Shown piece after piece: positions 38,331 through 51,873 of a stretch of DNA of 64,000 nucleotides (position 1 is its first letter; each line of letters opens with the position of its first letter). The translations under genes were made by a program, and so were the position numbers. The notes below the pieces were generated by a model. It searched no databases. It saw only the letters and a list, made by a program, of their open reading frames with translations, and was not told the origin of the DNA. This DNA comes from Leucoraja ocellata (taxonomy: Eukaryota): the NCBI GenBank assembly GCA_036785375.1, contig JAWMAR010000462.1, positions 1,240,001-1,304,000 on the forward strand. The letters are read 5' to 3'.

Positions 38331-38680
38331 AACCTTACCTGGTCTGAACTGTAAATGGAAACTTCTTCCACAGTATCATTGCTTGAGTTCTTGACGTGAC
38401 ATGGCTAGCCACTTATTGGCACAAAATCATGGCAATGTACAAGAAGCTGGCACACTTTGCAAAACCTGAGATGGGCAATGATACCAGTGAACCCCATAAT
38501 CTGGCGATGATTTTTTAGGAAATAGCAATTCAAGACAAAATTATTATGCATTCAACTTTTTAGGGCTAATGGAAAAGTAACATCTTCCAACACTTGGGTA
38601 TAGTTATTTTGAAAAATCTTATAAATAATGAAGGCATAAATATATTTTTAGGTATTTATTTGTGTGTTCTTCTCTTGCAG

Positions 38681-38831
38681 ATATCAGGAATGTTTTTGAG
38701 AAATACAGTCGAGTGGGTAGGCTGCCAGGGTAGCCAACCACACTACAGAGGTTACCCATGCTCTCTCTGGACACTCTTCCATATCTTGACAGTACATGCC
38801 GAGACACGTCCTGAAATGCAGATCATTGCTG
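38681..38831 (+). CDS. QSOX2: QSOX2 exon 10 (start of ERV/ALR domain)
   Basis: tctcttgcag|ATA; [50 protein letters not shown]; donor G|gtaaac; 151 nt. Confidence 0.95.
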
Positions 38832-40819
38832 GTAAACATTCTTTAAACGCAGTTATATTACTGTAACCCAAAGAGATTTACAACATGTGCTAAATTTGTT
38901 AATGCCAATGACTGGAAACATACAAATTAGGAGCAGAATAAATCCACCTGACCTCTTGAACTTGCTCCACGATTAAATAAAATACAGGCTGATCAGATTA
39001 TAACCTCAAGTCCCCTATCCACTTTCCAGCATAGCTTCTGGTCATCTTAAACTCCTTTGCTTTTGAAAAAATCTGTCGTAAAAATACTCAAACTCTGCCT
39101 CCACTGCCCTTTAAGGAAGCCTCTTGGTCTAGCTTAATGTGGTTGGTCCAGAGCAAACATCTATGTTGTTCACAGTTTACACCTCAGGACTGAAAGCACT
39201 TGAGCATCTCTACGTGTACACTGCCCTGTTTCTTGAAGTCAATAACTTGACACCAAATTACTAAGTTCTCTACCTTTTCACTACCTAATTTCTGCCCCAT
39301 CCGTCAACAGATTTAATAATGTTTACGTTTGCATAAATAGTTAAATAATTGAGGCATCAGCAGTATATCCCTGTGGCATGTCATTTGATACTCTTCGTCA
39401 ACCAGAAGAAGACCCTTCTATATCTACTGTGTTTCCTGTTAGGCAGAACTTTCTACCCATGCCAATATGTTATTTCATGTATAATATTGTTTCCTCTCAG
39501 CAATAATCCAAATATTGTAGAGAGTTTATCCTGTTCATTCTAAACTAATATTGTTATCGATGTGAATCAAGTACAAATTAGCTATTGATTTTGCTACTCG
39601 GTTTGCCTTTCTTTTAAGAAACTTGAGTAATGATAAGCAACAAAGATAATTCAAAATTAACAACACTGAATTTGCAGAGGCCAAAATCTTTTTTGTAAAC
39701 TTAAATAATGTAAAATGATCAGACAATGAAACCAAAACCAAAATATTGCAGGTGTTGTAAACTAATATAAGAAGAGAAAATTCTGGAAGTATTCTGCAGC
39801 CCAGGAAGCATATGTGGAGTAGGAAACAGGTAATATTTTAGATCAATGAGCTGCCAAATTAGTTGATCACAACAGGATAAGGTGGCAGTAATTGTTCTTC
39901 TGTCTGTAGATTAGTGAAGGGGGGAGTGCAGGACGGGGATTGTAGCGTCAAAGAAGAAATCTGCAGGATGTTCCTGGTCATGCAAAGCCTGCTGGAAAAT
40001 GCACACTGGGGATAGCATTAGATTTGATCGAGAGTTGGCATTTATCTTTTTCAAGCATCTTAAAGAATGATTGTTAAGACTATAGATAACATGGTAACTT
40101 TTCTCATGAATGAGTTGCTGGCGAGGAGATGATAAAATCAGCAAAATGTGCTTTATCATTTTGCTTCCTAACACCAGCTGGTGTTTGACATTTGTTCACT
40201 AATGAGATGAAATGGGTTGTGAGTTACTCTTATAATGCTGTTTGAAGAATTGGGTCAGCTAAGTCAGCTGGATTATCTATAGAATTTTTCCTTCTTATGA
40301 CTTATCCACATTGTCTCATGTAACCAGTGAAGATCTTTTAATCCTGCACTGCAGGTAGGTTTATATTATTGTACACTTTAAAGATTAGTATGAATTAAAT
40401 TGCAGAGGTCAGCGGTTACTTAATCTTGGACGAGGATAGGTAGATTACGTGCTAAGAGTGGTGTGTTTTCATCAAATATAAATTCATCTCTTAGCTGACA
40501 AAGTTTTAATAAGATGTTTAACGATACAAATGTACATCTATGTTGTTACAACAGAAGTTAGTGTATCATAACTTTCAGTATCACAATTCTGTAAATTGCA
40601 TTGCACAGTTTATTTGTACACCCTTTGTTAAAGCACAAATTATAAAAAGTAATAAATCTCACAATTAATTGGGGTTGTAAATTGCAATAACATGGTTAAA
40701 TCAAAATAAAATGGATACAATTATTAAATAATTTTGTCAACTCCTCTGGCTGTTCGTGTGTCACTGACATGTCTCTTAAGGTCATTTGTATCCTCTGCCT
40801 AACCTAATATAAGCAGGTT

Positions 40820-41830
40820 AATCAAAACAATGGTGGAATAACTCAGCAGGTCAGGCAGAATATGTGGAGGGTATGGATAGGTAACATTTCAGTTTGGGAT
40901 TCTTCTTCAGACTCCAATCCCTCCACAGATGCAGCCTGACCCACTGAGTTACTTCAGCACTTTAAGAATCCTTTATTTCATGATCTTTACAGTAAGCAAG
41001 TTGAGCCACAACTCTTTGACAAAAAAAAAAAACTCCTGGAGAAACTCAGTGGGCCATGCAGCATCTGTAAAGCAAAATGAACAGATGACGTTTTGGGTCA
41101 AGATCCTTCTTCAGACTGCTGCCTGGCCCGCTGAGTTACCCCACCAGTTTGTTTTTATTTACTCAAAATTCCAGCATCTGCTGTTTCTTGTGTGTCTGTT
41201 TTGTACTATATGTACCACAGGGGGGAGCTAATGTGCAGGAAAGAACTGCAGATGCTGGTTTTAATCGAAGGTAGACACAAATTGCTGGAGAAACTCAGCA
41301 GGTCAGGCAGCATCTCTGGAAAGAAGGGATGGGTGACGCTTCTGGTTGAGACCCTTCTTCATGCTTTCCTTTGACATTAGTGCTTTGTATAAAACAAACT
41401 GTTTTTGCTGCTCTTAAGAATTTTGGGGAACCCGGCCCGAATTTCCTATTGCCAATGCAAAAATTTACACTATGTTACATAGAATATTGTTACAATATGT
41501 TAGATAGAATATTGCAGAAGGCAGCTGTACAGTGATGCAATTACTTTTTTTGCTGACATTCCAGGAAACCGGGAAGAATGCCTGGACTGGTTTCAGAAAC
41601 ATAGAACAATGAAGCAATTAATTTCACTTGGCTAAGCCATGCCAATATAACAGCAAGGTAGACACCAAAAGCTGGAGTAACTCAGCGGGACAAGTACCAT
41701 AAGGGTCTCAACACAAAACGTCACCCATTCCTTCTCTCCAGAGATGCTGCCTGTCCCTCTCAGTTACTCCAGCATTTTGTGTCTATCTTTGGTTTAAACC
41801 AGCATCTGCAGTTCCTTCCTACATATAAAA
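40820..41830. mobile_element. Cluster of at least four Penelope-like terminal repeats, several fold-back
   Basis: Repeated actcagc..gtcaggcagcatct / gctgagttac..cagca arms and degenerate gggtc..gacccttcttcagac motifs. Confidence 0.65.
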
Positions 41831-43559
41831 GGGCAGCTCAGTTTGTCCTATTCCCCAATTCTGTTCCCATAACCTTGCATGTTCTTTCCTTCCAGATTGG
41901 GTTTCTTATAATGTGACTTGCCTCGGGCATTTAATTGGATTAGTCATGTAAACAGTCGTTTATAAGAGCAGAAGTTCAGAACTGTGCTCAGCTGGTTCAC
42001 CTGGATAAATTGACTGAGGGCAGTTTAGGGCAACCAAAATATGGCTTTTCGAAATGTAGTGTACATTTCAAGAGCCTGCTAGTGAAAATTATCCATGATT
42101 ACTTGAGAATAAGGTAATGGAGTAAACTGAGAAAGATGAGACTTTATGAGTGACCACGATGGATAAATAAATTGGGAATGGTAGGCTATGCACAAAAAAA
42201 AATTACTTGGATGACCTAATAATTAATTGAAAAAGAGTGACTAAATTAAGGGGAAATATGTAATTGTCCCGAATTTCTTTGTCTTTCAGCCTACATAACA
42301 AAAAAAACCACTTGTTTTTTTGCCTCTTATTTTTCCCCTTGTTGCTTTCTTTACTGAAATTATAGAGCACTGTTTTCCTTAATAACTTGAGATGGTAATG
42401 TGTACTAGATCAAGGTTAGTCCCATACTTCTGATAAATTGCTGTAGGATTAACTGAAAGCTCTTGAGTTTTTTGCTACGAGCCGCAGAATAATATCATTA
42501 ATAGGTAGAGTTTTCATGATAGCATAATGGATTAGTGTGATGGATGACATATTTTTAAATTTCACCAGCTTATAAACAACTGATCTCATTAATTTTTCAT
42601 GCTGTTCCTTTACTGGATTCTGTTTTTCAGGTATTTTAGTCAGATATACGTGTTGGCATTAATGATGATTATTAGTACTTTTGGACAAAATATTTCTGAA
42701 TTGTTGATAATGAGTATTTACAGTTGTTTGAAAGAGGCAATGGGCCCGAGAGTTTGCTAGATCATTTAATTTTGTGGGCAGATGTGTTGAAAATAAAATA
42801 TGTACATAGAATAATAGCACAACCCTTTGGTCCACAATGCCAACCACGATACCAGTCAAAACTAATTCCATCTGACTACACATTGTCTACAATCATCCAT
42901 TCCCTGTTTATTCATATGCCTTTCTAAATGCGTATTACTCATTGCCATCATATCTGCTTCTACCAATTCTCGCATTCCATGCACCTACCGCAGTGAGACA
43001 CAAAAAGCTGGAGCAACTCAGCAGGACCTACCGCTCTCGGTACAAATAAACGTGCAAATCTTTTATACTTTTCTCCTTTCGCTGAGCGAGTTGCGTTTGA
43101 CATTTCCACCTTGGCGAAAAAGACTCTTACTATCTACCTTCAGGCCCAATTAGATTAATAAGACCCTATTAATGTAATTTAAATTAAATTAAGATTATGT
43201 TGTGGCAGGAGAACCAGGATCCATGGCAACAATCCTCCAGTCCTTCATGGGAAATCAGTGGCACTTCCACATTTCCTGCTGACCTCGAGTTGGAAATGTA
43301 ACACAGGAACAGATGCTGCTTCACTGCATTTTGAAGCTGAAGTTAAAGCTACGAATGAATTAATTGGCAAGCATGGTATGGGTACCTGCTAGGCACAGTA
43401 GACAAATCCCCTGTTTCCATCTCCCTCCGTCAGATATACAGCTTTGGATATTGTTTGGGGTGGTGGCTTGTCGGGTAAAGGCCACAGCGCCCAAGTTCAT
43501 GAAAACATGGTTGGCTGTGAGTGGAAAATACTTGAAGAAATAGGGTGCTAAGGGAGATA

Positions 43560-43860
43560 ATTATAAGCAGAACAAGAGGGTATTTCTCCTTCAGTATTCA
43601 GTGAGAACGGGAGAAACGGAATGATGGTGGAGTAGCATTGCTGGTTAAACAGGAAATTAATACAACAGTGAAAAGGGATATTAGCTCAGATGATATGGAA
43701 TTTCTAACAGTAGAGCTAAGAAATACCATGGGCACAAAATGTTAATGGGAGTTTTATGTAAAACCTCAGACAGCAATGGTGATGATTGGGGATAATATTG
43801 TAGATGAAATAAGAGGGGTATGCAATAATTGTGCAGTAGTGATCAGGGTGATTTTATTCT
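43560..43860 (+). mobile_element. CR1-type AP-endonuclease remnant
   Basis: Degenerate GGVALLVK, VELRN, LMGV.Y and V.I.GDF motifs. Confidence 0.55.
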
Positions 43861-44185
43861 GCGCTAATTAAGGCTGGATTTATGCTTTTTGGAAAATTAT
43901 GATTTGCACATTTTCTCTTTGAAAAGAATAGGGTGTAACCAAATTGGGAAAATAATTAATGATTAAGACTTAAAAACAAGTTTTGAAATTAGTGTTCTTT
44001 TTCAAATCTGAAGAAAAATTAAACAGAACTTTCCTTCACAGAATACCTGTCAGGATAAAAGAGATCATAAGGCTCGTAAATTTAATTTTGCAGGACTAAA
44101 GGATTGCCGGTGCTGTGACTCCATTGAACAGAGGCTCTTGTATTAAGTGCCTTCCTTGTTCCTAAATATTTTTTTTTCTGTTTAG

Positions 44186-44374
44186 GTTTTGACAATGGGC
44201 CTCAGGTAGTTCTACAAGTTATCAGAAGATACATTCATCATTTCTTCGGCTGTAGGGACTGTGCGCTACACTTTGAAGAAATGGCTAGAGAGTCAATGGC
44301 TGAAGTGCAAACACTAGATGGTGCCATTCTCTGGTTATGGAAAAAGCATAATGAAGTGAACATTAGACTGGCAG
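44186..44374 (+). CDS. QSOX2: QSOX2 exon 11 (FAD-proximal CxxC)
   Basis: ttttctgtttag|GT; (G)[62 protein letters not shown]; donor G|gtaaga; 189 nt. Confidence 0.96.
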
Positions 44375-44419
44375 GTAAGATAAGTTGATTAGAAGTAAGC
44401 AACATTGGTTGTGTTGCCA

Positions 44420-45183
44420 TAATCATCATACTTTATTAGCCAAGTATGTTTTGCAACATACGAGGAAATTGATTTGCCATACAGTCATACCAATAAAAAG
44501 CAACAAAACATACAAAATACATTTTAACACGAACATCCACCATAGTGACTCCTCCACATTCATCACTGTGATGGAAGGCGAAAAAAAGTTCAATCTCTCC
44601 CCTTCTTTGTTTTCCCCCGGTCGGGTCGTTGAGCCTTCCGTTGACGGGCGATCTTGGCTCCCGTAGCCGGTGGCATTTGAGCCCTCACATCGGGTTGATC
44701 AAGTTTCTGCATCAGGGGAGGGGGGTTCTCAGCTCCCCCGCACCAGGCGATCTGACCCCAGGTCGGGGCTGGTTGAAACCTTCTGCATCGTTTGGAGCTC
44801 CCGACATCAGTCTCTACCCAAAACTGCGATGGTGAAATCCGCAGGCCGTGGTTGGAGTGTCGATCCCAGGCACGGGATCGGCTCCGATGGTATGTCAATA
44901 TCCCCGCGTTGGGCTAAAAGTCAGTCCAGAGCAAGGCTGCCAGCTCCATGATGTTAGGCCGCAGAGCAACCGGAGATACGATCCGGGAAACAATCGCATC
45001 TCTGGCAAGATAAGAGATTTTTTTAAAGTTTCCCACGACCCACCCCCCCCCCCCCCCCCCCTCCACCCAACACCCACATAAAACAAACTAGAGATCATTA
45101 ACATACTTTTAAAACACGCTAAAAATAAAAGACTAAAAGACAGACAGAATTGGCAAGGCTGCCATCGTGGCGCCACCCGGTGG
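44420..45183 (-). mobile_element. Apparently full-length ~760 bp non-coding interspersed repeat
   Basis: - strand starts ccaccgggtggcgccacgatggcagcc and ends in AATAAA plus a (tatgat)n-like tail; similar copies at 8610 and 29750. Confidence 0.7.
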
Positions 45184-47424
45184 TATGTGCCAACCTTTAA
45201 TGTTTAAAGATCAGCAGAGTACCCACAATGTAAAAGATTTTATTTCCGTGCAGTAGCTTTGGTCAATTGAGGGAAAGGGCATTGAAGATCAGGGGGTCCT
45301 CAAGAGCAATTGAGAAAGTTAAATCTTTTCAAGGATACTTCACACACATCCTTGAATCATTTATATTCTGTCGTCTTAGAAATTTCATCCTGTTAAAGGG
45401 CTCCAAATAGAACATCTGTTTCAAGATTCTGGTGTCAGGAATGTAATTACCATTGCCTCACCAACAGAGAGCCAACTGACTCTAGTCTGAAGAAGGGTCT
45501 AGACCCAAAACATCACCCATTCCTTTTTTCCAGAGAGTCTGTTCAGTTAGCCTCTGTACAGAGCTGGGATATATAACTGCGATCCTCTTCCTTCCAGTTG
45601 GAGTGGATCATCTGCTTTTATTCCATCTCCCTGCTGTTTGTTGGTATTTACATCGACACAACTGCCTTCAATTAATCCAGATCTTGAGGCTTATATCTCT
45701 CCAACTCTGTATACGTGCGCTTGTGGACTAACAGGACAGTCACTGTTGCTTAGTTAGTGTATGGGGTATATCGGGATTATGAGGGGGGGCAGCGAGTATC
45801 ATTTAATTTTATTTGGAGAGGGGGCATCTCAGGATCAAAATATTATATACCTCAACAAATGCAAATGAGGTTGCGCTAACATTCCATGTTCACATAACCA
45901 GAATTAGATTCCTTATGATTAAACGTGAATATTTCAATTGGCGGAATTGTAACAGTTAACTTAACCTGGCTTTGCATATCGTATGGTGGTGTAAACATGT
46001 AATATGTAAATTTCCTGCTTTGTTCTGCACCCCCATTGTTGAGTGAGGTCATTGTTTGGAAGTTGTATTCAATTACCACTTGAATGCAAGTGGACTGTTA
46101 AGTACTGTTTTGCTAATGTCAGAAAAGAAAGGAGAGGGCATCTTCTCAAGCACGTATTTCTGAATTATTGCTCCCCAATATAGATGAATCGTTGTATTTT
46201 TTGTAAAGGGCCACCCTTAGAGGGCAGTTTGATCAGGCTTTGTTGTGTATTTTATTCCATATGTATTTTTCCCTATCTATACCATATTCTGAATACCCAA
46301 GCCTGTCTAATGATCCATAAAATTGATCCCATTTACTAACACAAGGCCAAATGGCGAGAACAATGATTGATACTGACAAACGTACAATAACACCACAGCA
46401 AGGGTGTGCACAAATTAATTGTGCTCTGCAGCTGCAGCTACACTAGTCAACATGTAGTGGCTACTTGTGTGATTCAGCCTGTATATCTGAATAGTAGTCT
46501 GCTTTTTGTTTTGTGCGGTATGAAGGAAATATAGACTAAGGCTTACAAGACATCTGTGTTCGATCGTTGTTTATTTTATTTTGCCAATATAAGCAGCACA
46601 GGACTTGCATGTCCATTGTGTTTTTGTAACTGACTGTTTGGAGGGATCAAGTAAAAGAGGTCGCTGTGACACCCAGGAGATGGTCGCATTTGAAAATTCA
46701 GCCCTTTACGCACTGCCTGCACTCGCCCCATCTTTGGAGAATTATGACATGCAACCTGTCATCTGTCGACCAATAACCAGTGAAAGGGAGAGTCCTGCAT
46801 TCACAATCCACAAAGTAGGAGTCAGTTGGTTTTGTTTTGCTTGTGGTGTAATGAATTGTTAACCAGGCCCAAGGCCTGTACAAAAAAGGCTTCAAAGAAA
46901 CAGCTGGTAGAGGAGGCAGTTACAACTGAATAATGCATCTGTCAGCGTACCTTTAAAGGCACTGTCTACATGAGACTTTCCGAAGTTAACCTTATGTTAA
47001 GAACCAGGACTGGTGTCTTTAGTTTTTCTACATTGATGCTGCAATATTTATAGCAGTTCCTGTGCAGCCTTTGCCATCACAGTTTTGCACAGAAATTAGA
47101 TTGATTCGAGTTTTCCTCATCTGGAAACGTGGAAAATATGACATTGTCATGATATAGCTTGGGCATTAAATGCTTTTAATAATATATACTGGACAGTTCC
47201 CCTCGTTAATTATTCTCAACAATGCTGTTATTTTGCAATGCAAGAGAGGGCTTCAGTTTTCTCTAAATGAAAATTAATTTACACCTTCATAGGTTGTACA
47301 TTTACAATTTTTTGGGGTGAATTCTACTGGCAGAAGAATTCTCACAGCCCAGCTGCATATAAAATATAATGACATAAAATGTACCTTGAATCTGGCATAA
47401 ACGTTAAATTAATATAGAATAATC

Positions 47425-47860
47425 TCAGAACAGAACGGAATGGCACAGAAACGGGTCCTTTGGCCCATGATGTCTGTGCTGGGTATGGTGCGAAGTTAAA
47501 CTAATAACGTCTGCTTGCACAAGACCCATGTATCTCTATTCTGTGCAAGATTGAAGGCCACTGTCGTATCCGCCTCCACAACGACCCCAGCAGTACCTTC
47601 CAGGTACTCACCATTATCTGTGTATATAAAAAGAATTGCCCATGCACTTCTCCTTTAAACTTTCACTATAAAGCCATGTCCTCAAGTACTTCGCATTTCC
47701 ACTCTGGGAAAATTATTCTGGCTGCCTACCTTATCTATGTCTCTCATTATTTTATGTACTGCTATCAGGTCACCTCTTGGCCTCCACTCCAGAGAAAATA
47801 ATCCAAGTTTGTCCTATCTCGTTTTAGCTAATGTCCTCTTAATTCAGACAGCACCCTGGT
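47425..47860 (-). mobile_element. CR1-type LINE 3' fragment
   Basis: Reverse complement of a degenerate ..DKLGLFSLE..RGDLI.V.KIM segment plus CR1 3' UTR. Confidence 0.65.
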
Positions 47861-48091
47861 AATTTGCATTGACCCACAAAAAAAAACAACAAAAAAGTAC
47901 TGAAGTAACAGTTGTGATTACATCTGTTTGCTGGGACCAAAAACAGGGCATCTTATGTGTTAGCACCCAGTAATTTGAGGTTGATCTTAAATTTACTCTT
48001 ACATTTTAAATCTTAAATGTACTCTTGTTTACTTCCATAACAATCTGTGTTAATCTTCCAGTGTTATCTAACTTGTTTTTTGCTGCTTTAG

Positions 48092-48648
48092 GTGCTCCAA
48101 GTGAGGATCCAATGTTCCCTAAAGTGGCATGGCCAACTGCTGATGGCTGTCCTGTATGTCATGAAGAAATCAAAGGTCTCCATACCTGGAAGGAGGAGGA
48201 GGTTCTGAGATTTCTGAAATCACATTACAGTGTGGACAATATTTCATATAAATATAGTGGATATGAGCCTCAAATCCACAAGGCAGTCAATGAAGTTGTC
48301 AAAGGTAATGGAAAGAAAGGTAAAGAAAAAGGGTCACCCCAGTTGATGCATAGCCAAAAGGAGCCGAATATCGATGCCCAGAACATAGACCAAAACTCAA
48401 GAAATGGTGCCTTGGTGAAGCGAGAAAGGACTGATCTGCTGGACCAAAACATGGAAAGACAGGAGCTAGACAGCTATAGAAAAGAAGTGAAACATATTTC
48501 ATTTCTTGGTGTAGGCTTTTCCAGGATGGACATGAGCCTTTGTATCCTGTTGTATGCAGCTTCCAGTTTTTTCCTCATGATCATGTACTTCTATTTCCAA
48601 ATGAGGTCCAAAAGGTGGAAAACCAAATTTACCCGTCCTTGTGTTTAA
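48092..48648 (+). CDS. QSOX2: QSOX2 exon 12 (distal CxxC, linker, TM helix, stop)
   Basis: tgctgctttag|GT; (G)APSEDPMFPKVAWPTADGCPVCHEE...SFLGVGFSRMDMSLCILLYAASSFFLMIMYFYFQMRSKRWKTKFTRPCV*; the tail resembles QSOX2 rather than QSOX1. Confidence 0.95.
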
Positions 48649-49374
48649 AACAATGTAATTCCTGGATAATGAATGGCTCATCTGTTTTGTATAGGTAGCT
48701 GTTCTGGTGAGGATATTTGTTATCTCCAGATCACACCACCATTTGTTATGAATATCAGTCTGGACAATGATGTTTAGGTCTAAGGCGTGACTCAATTGTG
48801 AGTATCTTTGAGAAACTCAATCACTTTTAGGCAGCATGATAAGTACTTAAGTTGTTTGTGTGCCTTTTTGGAGGAATTTACAATCATGCCCACACATCAT
48901 CCCTGCGCTGCTCATTTCTGATTGCTGATTCTGGTATGATGTTTTGAAATTAGCAAATGTGCTATTCATCATTGGATGAGGAGTTGGGATATGTTGCATG
49001 ATATGAACCTGTGTCTTTTTAAGTTTTCTTGAAGTTTTCCCTCTTTTTCTTCCATCTACTCTTTTTATTTTCCCTTTAAGTTGAACAGAATTGAAAAAGC
49101 TGCAGAGAGAATTTGGACATTTATTGATCTATTTTATGATTGGAGCATGAGGTTGTATTCTTGATCTGATGCTTCTGCAGTTTTAACTACCCCAGTGGGA
49201 TTTGTGAAGACACACTAACTCTCCCCAGTGTATGTTGCTGGACCAATAATTTAACTAGTTTATCAGTCTCGTGGAGGACCTCCTAACATCTTCTACCAAA
49301 CTAATTAATTGAAATATCCTCTGATCCTACGCCTCCAATTCTAATTTGAGATGATATTTAAGTTTACCATACTG

Positions 49375-49380
49375 AATAAA
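49375..49380 (+). terminator. Candidate proximal poly(A) signal of QSOX2
   Basis: AATAAA about 730 nt after the stop, with downstream ttgtgttggttt. Confidence 0.45.
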
Positions 49381-51852
49381 GTCATTTCATTTATTTAATA
49401 ATTGTGTTGGTTTAGGCATCAGGGTGTGCAGCGCTTGCTATGTGGCAACACCAGCCAGAAATGTTCTCCAAATTATTTTCTGTTTTTCATCAGATTCCTT
49501 GCTCAGTCAGTGAAAATAGTATATTTTTGGAAAATGTATTTTTTCAATGATAAAATAATGATACTTTAAAAAAAAAAGCCTGAATGAAAGTCAATTTGAC
49601 CTTATTTTAACCGTTGTAGCTATACCAATTTTAAAGTAGAGTGCCCTGGTGAGACCTAGTGCTTATATTTTTGCTTTCAGAAAAGCCTCCTGTTCTAAAT
49701 TTTTTAGTAGCCCATCTGCAAGATTAATGAGCAAACTCACCAGCATGATGTTTAGAAAAACTGGGACAGTGAGGGAAAAAAATGAATTAAAAATAAAAAA
49801 GCTGACAGCAGTTGGAGACCCGCCCACAAGAACAGGAGTCTATATTGTGTGCTTGATGATCTCCTCGAGGTGACAACATTTTTGTTCTTCTCAAGAAAAG
49901 CTGCCCCACATGATTCTGAGTTGTCCTAAATCTAACAAACACACCCACACCTGCCACAATATTGTATTTATTCTAAGACAATATCCGATATCCACACAAA
50001 ACCTCCAGAAATGTGGTCAAGGATCTCCCTCGCTGCACATTTTGTTCAGGGAAGGTCAGGGCCTGTGCGTTTCTTAGGGGGTAGGTGTTAGTTCTCAATA
50101 ATAGGGAAATAATGAGTTCTAATTGCTTAAACAATGAATATTACGTTAGCCAACTATTAGCCTGAGCTTGTTCTTAACATATGAAATACCAATGCCTTGG
50201 TGTGCCAAACTACTTCAAACTCAAGATCACTCCCAATTATTCCAGGTCACCCTGCCAACCTTCCAGCTAAAACTATCCCTGACAATCTCTACTACAGAGC
50301 TAACTGCAGAAAGGCAATTTATTCCCTTAGTCCGGAGATCTCGTTATCTAAATCGATACCCACAAACTCAAAGCTCAATCCCACCATCCTATCACTGCCA
50401 ATCTCTAAATTAGTGTACTTTTTAATGATGGGTAGTGGGACTGGAACGTAGAGCTCAGGGATAATGAGGATTCCATATCTACCTCTAGCATATAAAATAC
50501 CGTTATAACACTAAAAGGCAAGTGTAAAGACCTCCTACACTGTCAAATATTATTATGTAACTTAATTAAAACAGGGCCTTGTTTAAAGTTAATGAGTAAT
50601 AAAATTAAAGGATAAGTTAAGTTTAAAAAAAAAAATCAACCTAATGGGTTGGCTTATGCTTTTGTGGGCAAAGATTTGATGCGCTAGTGGCAGTCTTACT
50701 TATTAATTTTAACACATAGATGTGAAACATAGTGGTTATTTGAAATATATGATCCACAAGAAATCAAGGTTCCTTTGGCAGACAGGATTTGCATATTATT
50801 AGGCCTAATTATTTTTAAGCATGCAGAAATATTTCCTCTGACATCAGATGCACTCCTATTGACTCTCCACTATCTTGCTAATCTTATTTCACTGCCCAAG
50901 GACCATTCATTCTGACAAAATGTCCAATTTGTTTAACCTCTATTTGAAAATGATCTTTGTTTAATAATATTAGATGTTTTCCTGTGAATAGAATGATTAC
51001 TGTTAGTTCAGTCTTTTTAAATATTTTTGGCAGAAGGAATAACCTGATCTTGAAAGGTTATAAAGACATATTAAATATTCTACCAATGCAATTGATAAAT
51101 TATGAATTTGGAGTCAAGGTACATTCCCATGATGTTCTCTCAGCATATTTGTTGCGGATGAGCTCTTAATTCATCTAGTGCCACAAATAAACCTGATGTT
51201 TTTGATATTTCACTCCAAGTATCTTGCTCCTTTTTTGTTCCATTTCCAGACTTTTGCTCTGAGCTATCGAAAACATGTATTAAGACCAAACTCCTGTATG
51301 TCTACAGACAGAAAAGGGAAATGTTTATGTTGAATTGTAACACTGTCTGCCTGTCCAACTTTGAAGTGTCCAATTGCCTTGTATTTGGTTTCACAACATC
51401 CCATTCCTCAGCAACACAACAGCATCTTTTTTTTTTTTTTTTAGAGACCTAACTGTGCTTTAAAACATTTGAAAAGTCCCACTAATGTTCAGTAGCATTA
51501 CCTACAGTATTAATTGGTGAAATAACATTCCATTCCCAGCTTGAAATTTAAGATTCCGTTGCATGATGGGGAAGAAAATTCCATTCAGTATTTGTCGGCT
51601 TCAGTTTTTGAATAGATTGAGTGCCATTTGTTCATTCAGCAAGCTGCCATCACTTTCAAAACGTTACTTAAATATAATTGATGTCTGGTTTAATTTATTT
51701 ATTTTGTTCATAGCTGCCTTGGTTTTTCAGTTTACTGAATTGTTCCTTCATGATATAAAATGTCAGTCAATGCCATATATTTTCATTAGGAGCAAATGTA
51801 CACTATTTTGTACTGTTTAAAAAAAAATTCAAGGACGCTTAATCCTGTTTGA

Positions 51853-51873
51853 AATAAATTATCCTGCAATAAA
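51853..51873 (+). terminator. Candidate distal poly(A) signals of QSOX2
   Basis: Two AATAAA (51853, 51868) at the end of an AT-rich, repeat-poor UTR-like tract. Confidence 0.45.

Noticed and set aside
10577-48648. Assignment as QSOX1 (neighbouring CEP350-like exon and CRDC motif)
   Set aside because: The C-terminal TM/tail (DMSLC..LY.ASS.FLM.MYF.F..RS.RWK) and exon 9 ([23 protein letters not shown]) match QSOX2 as recalled
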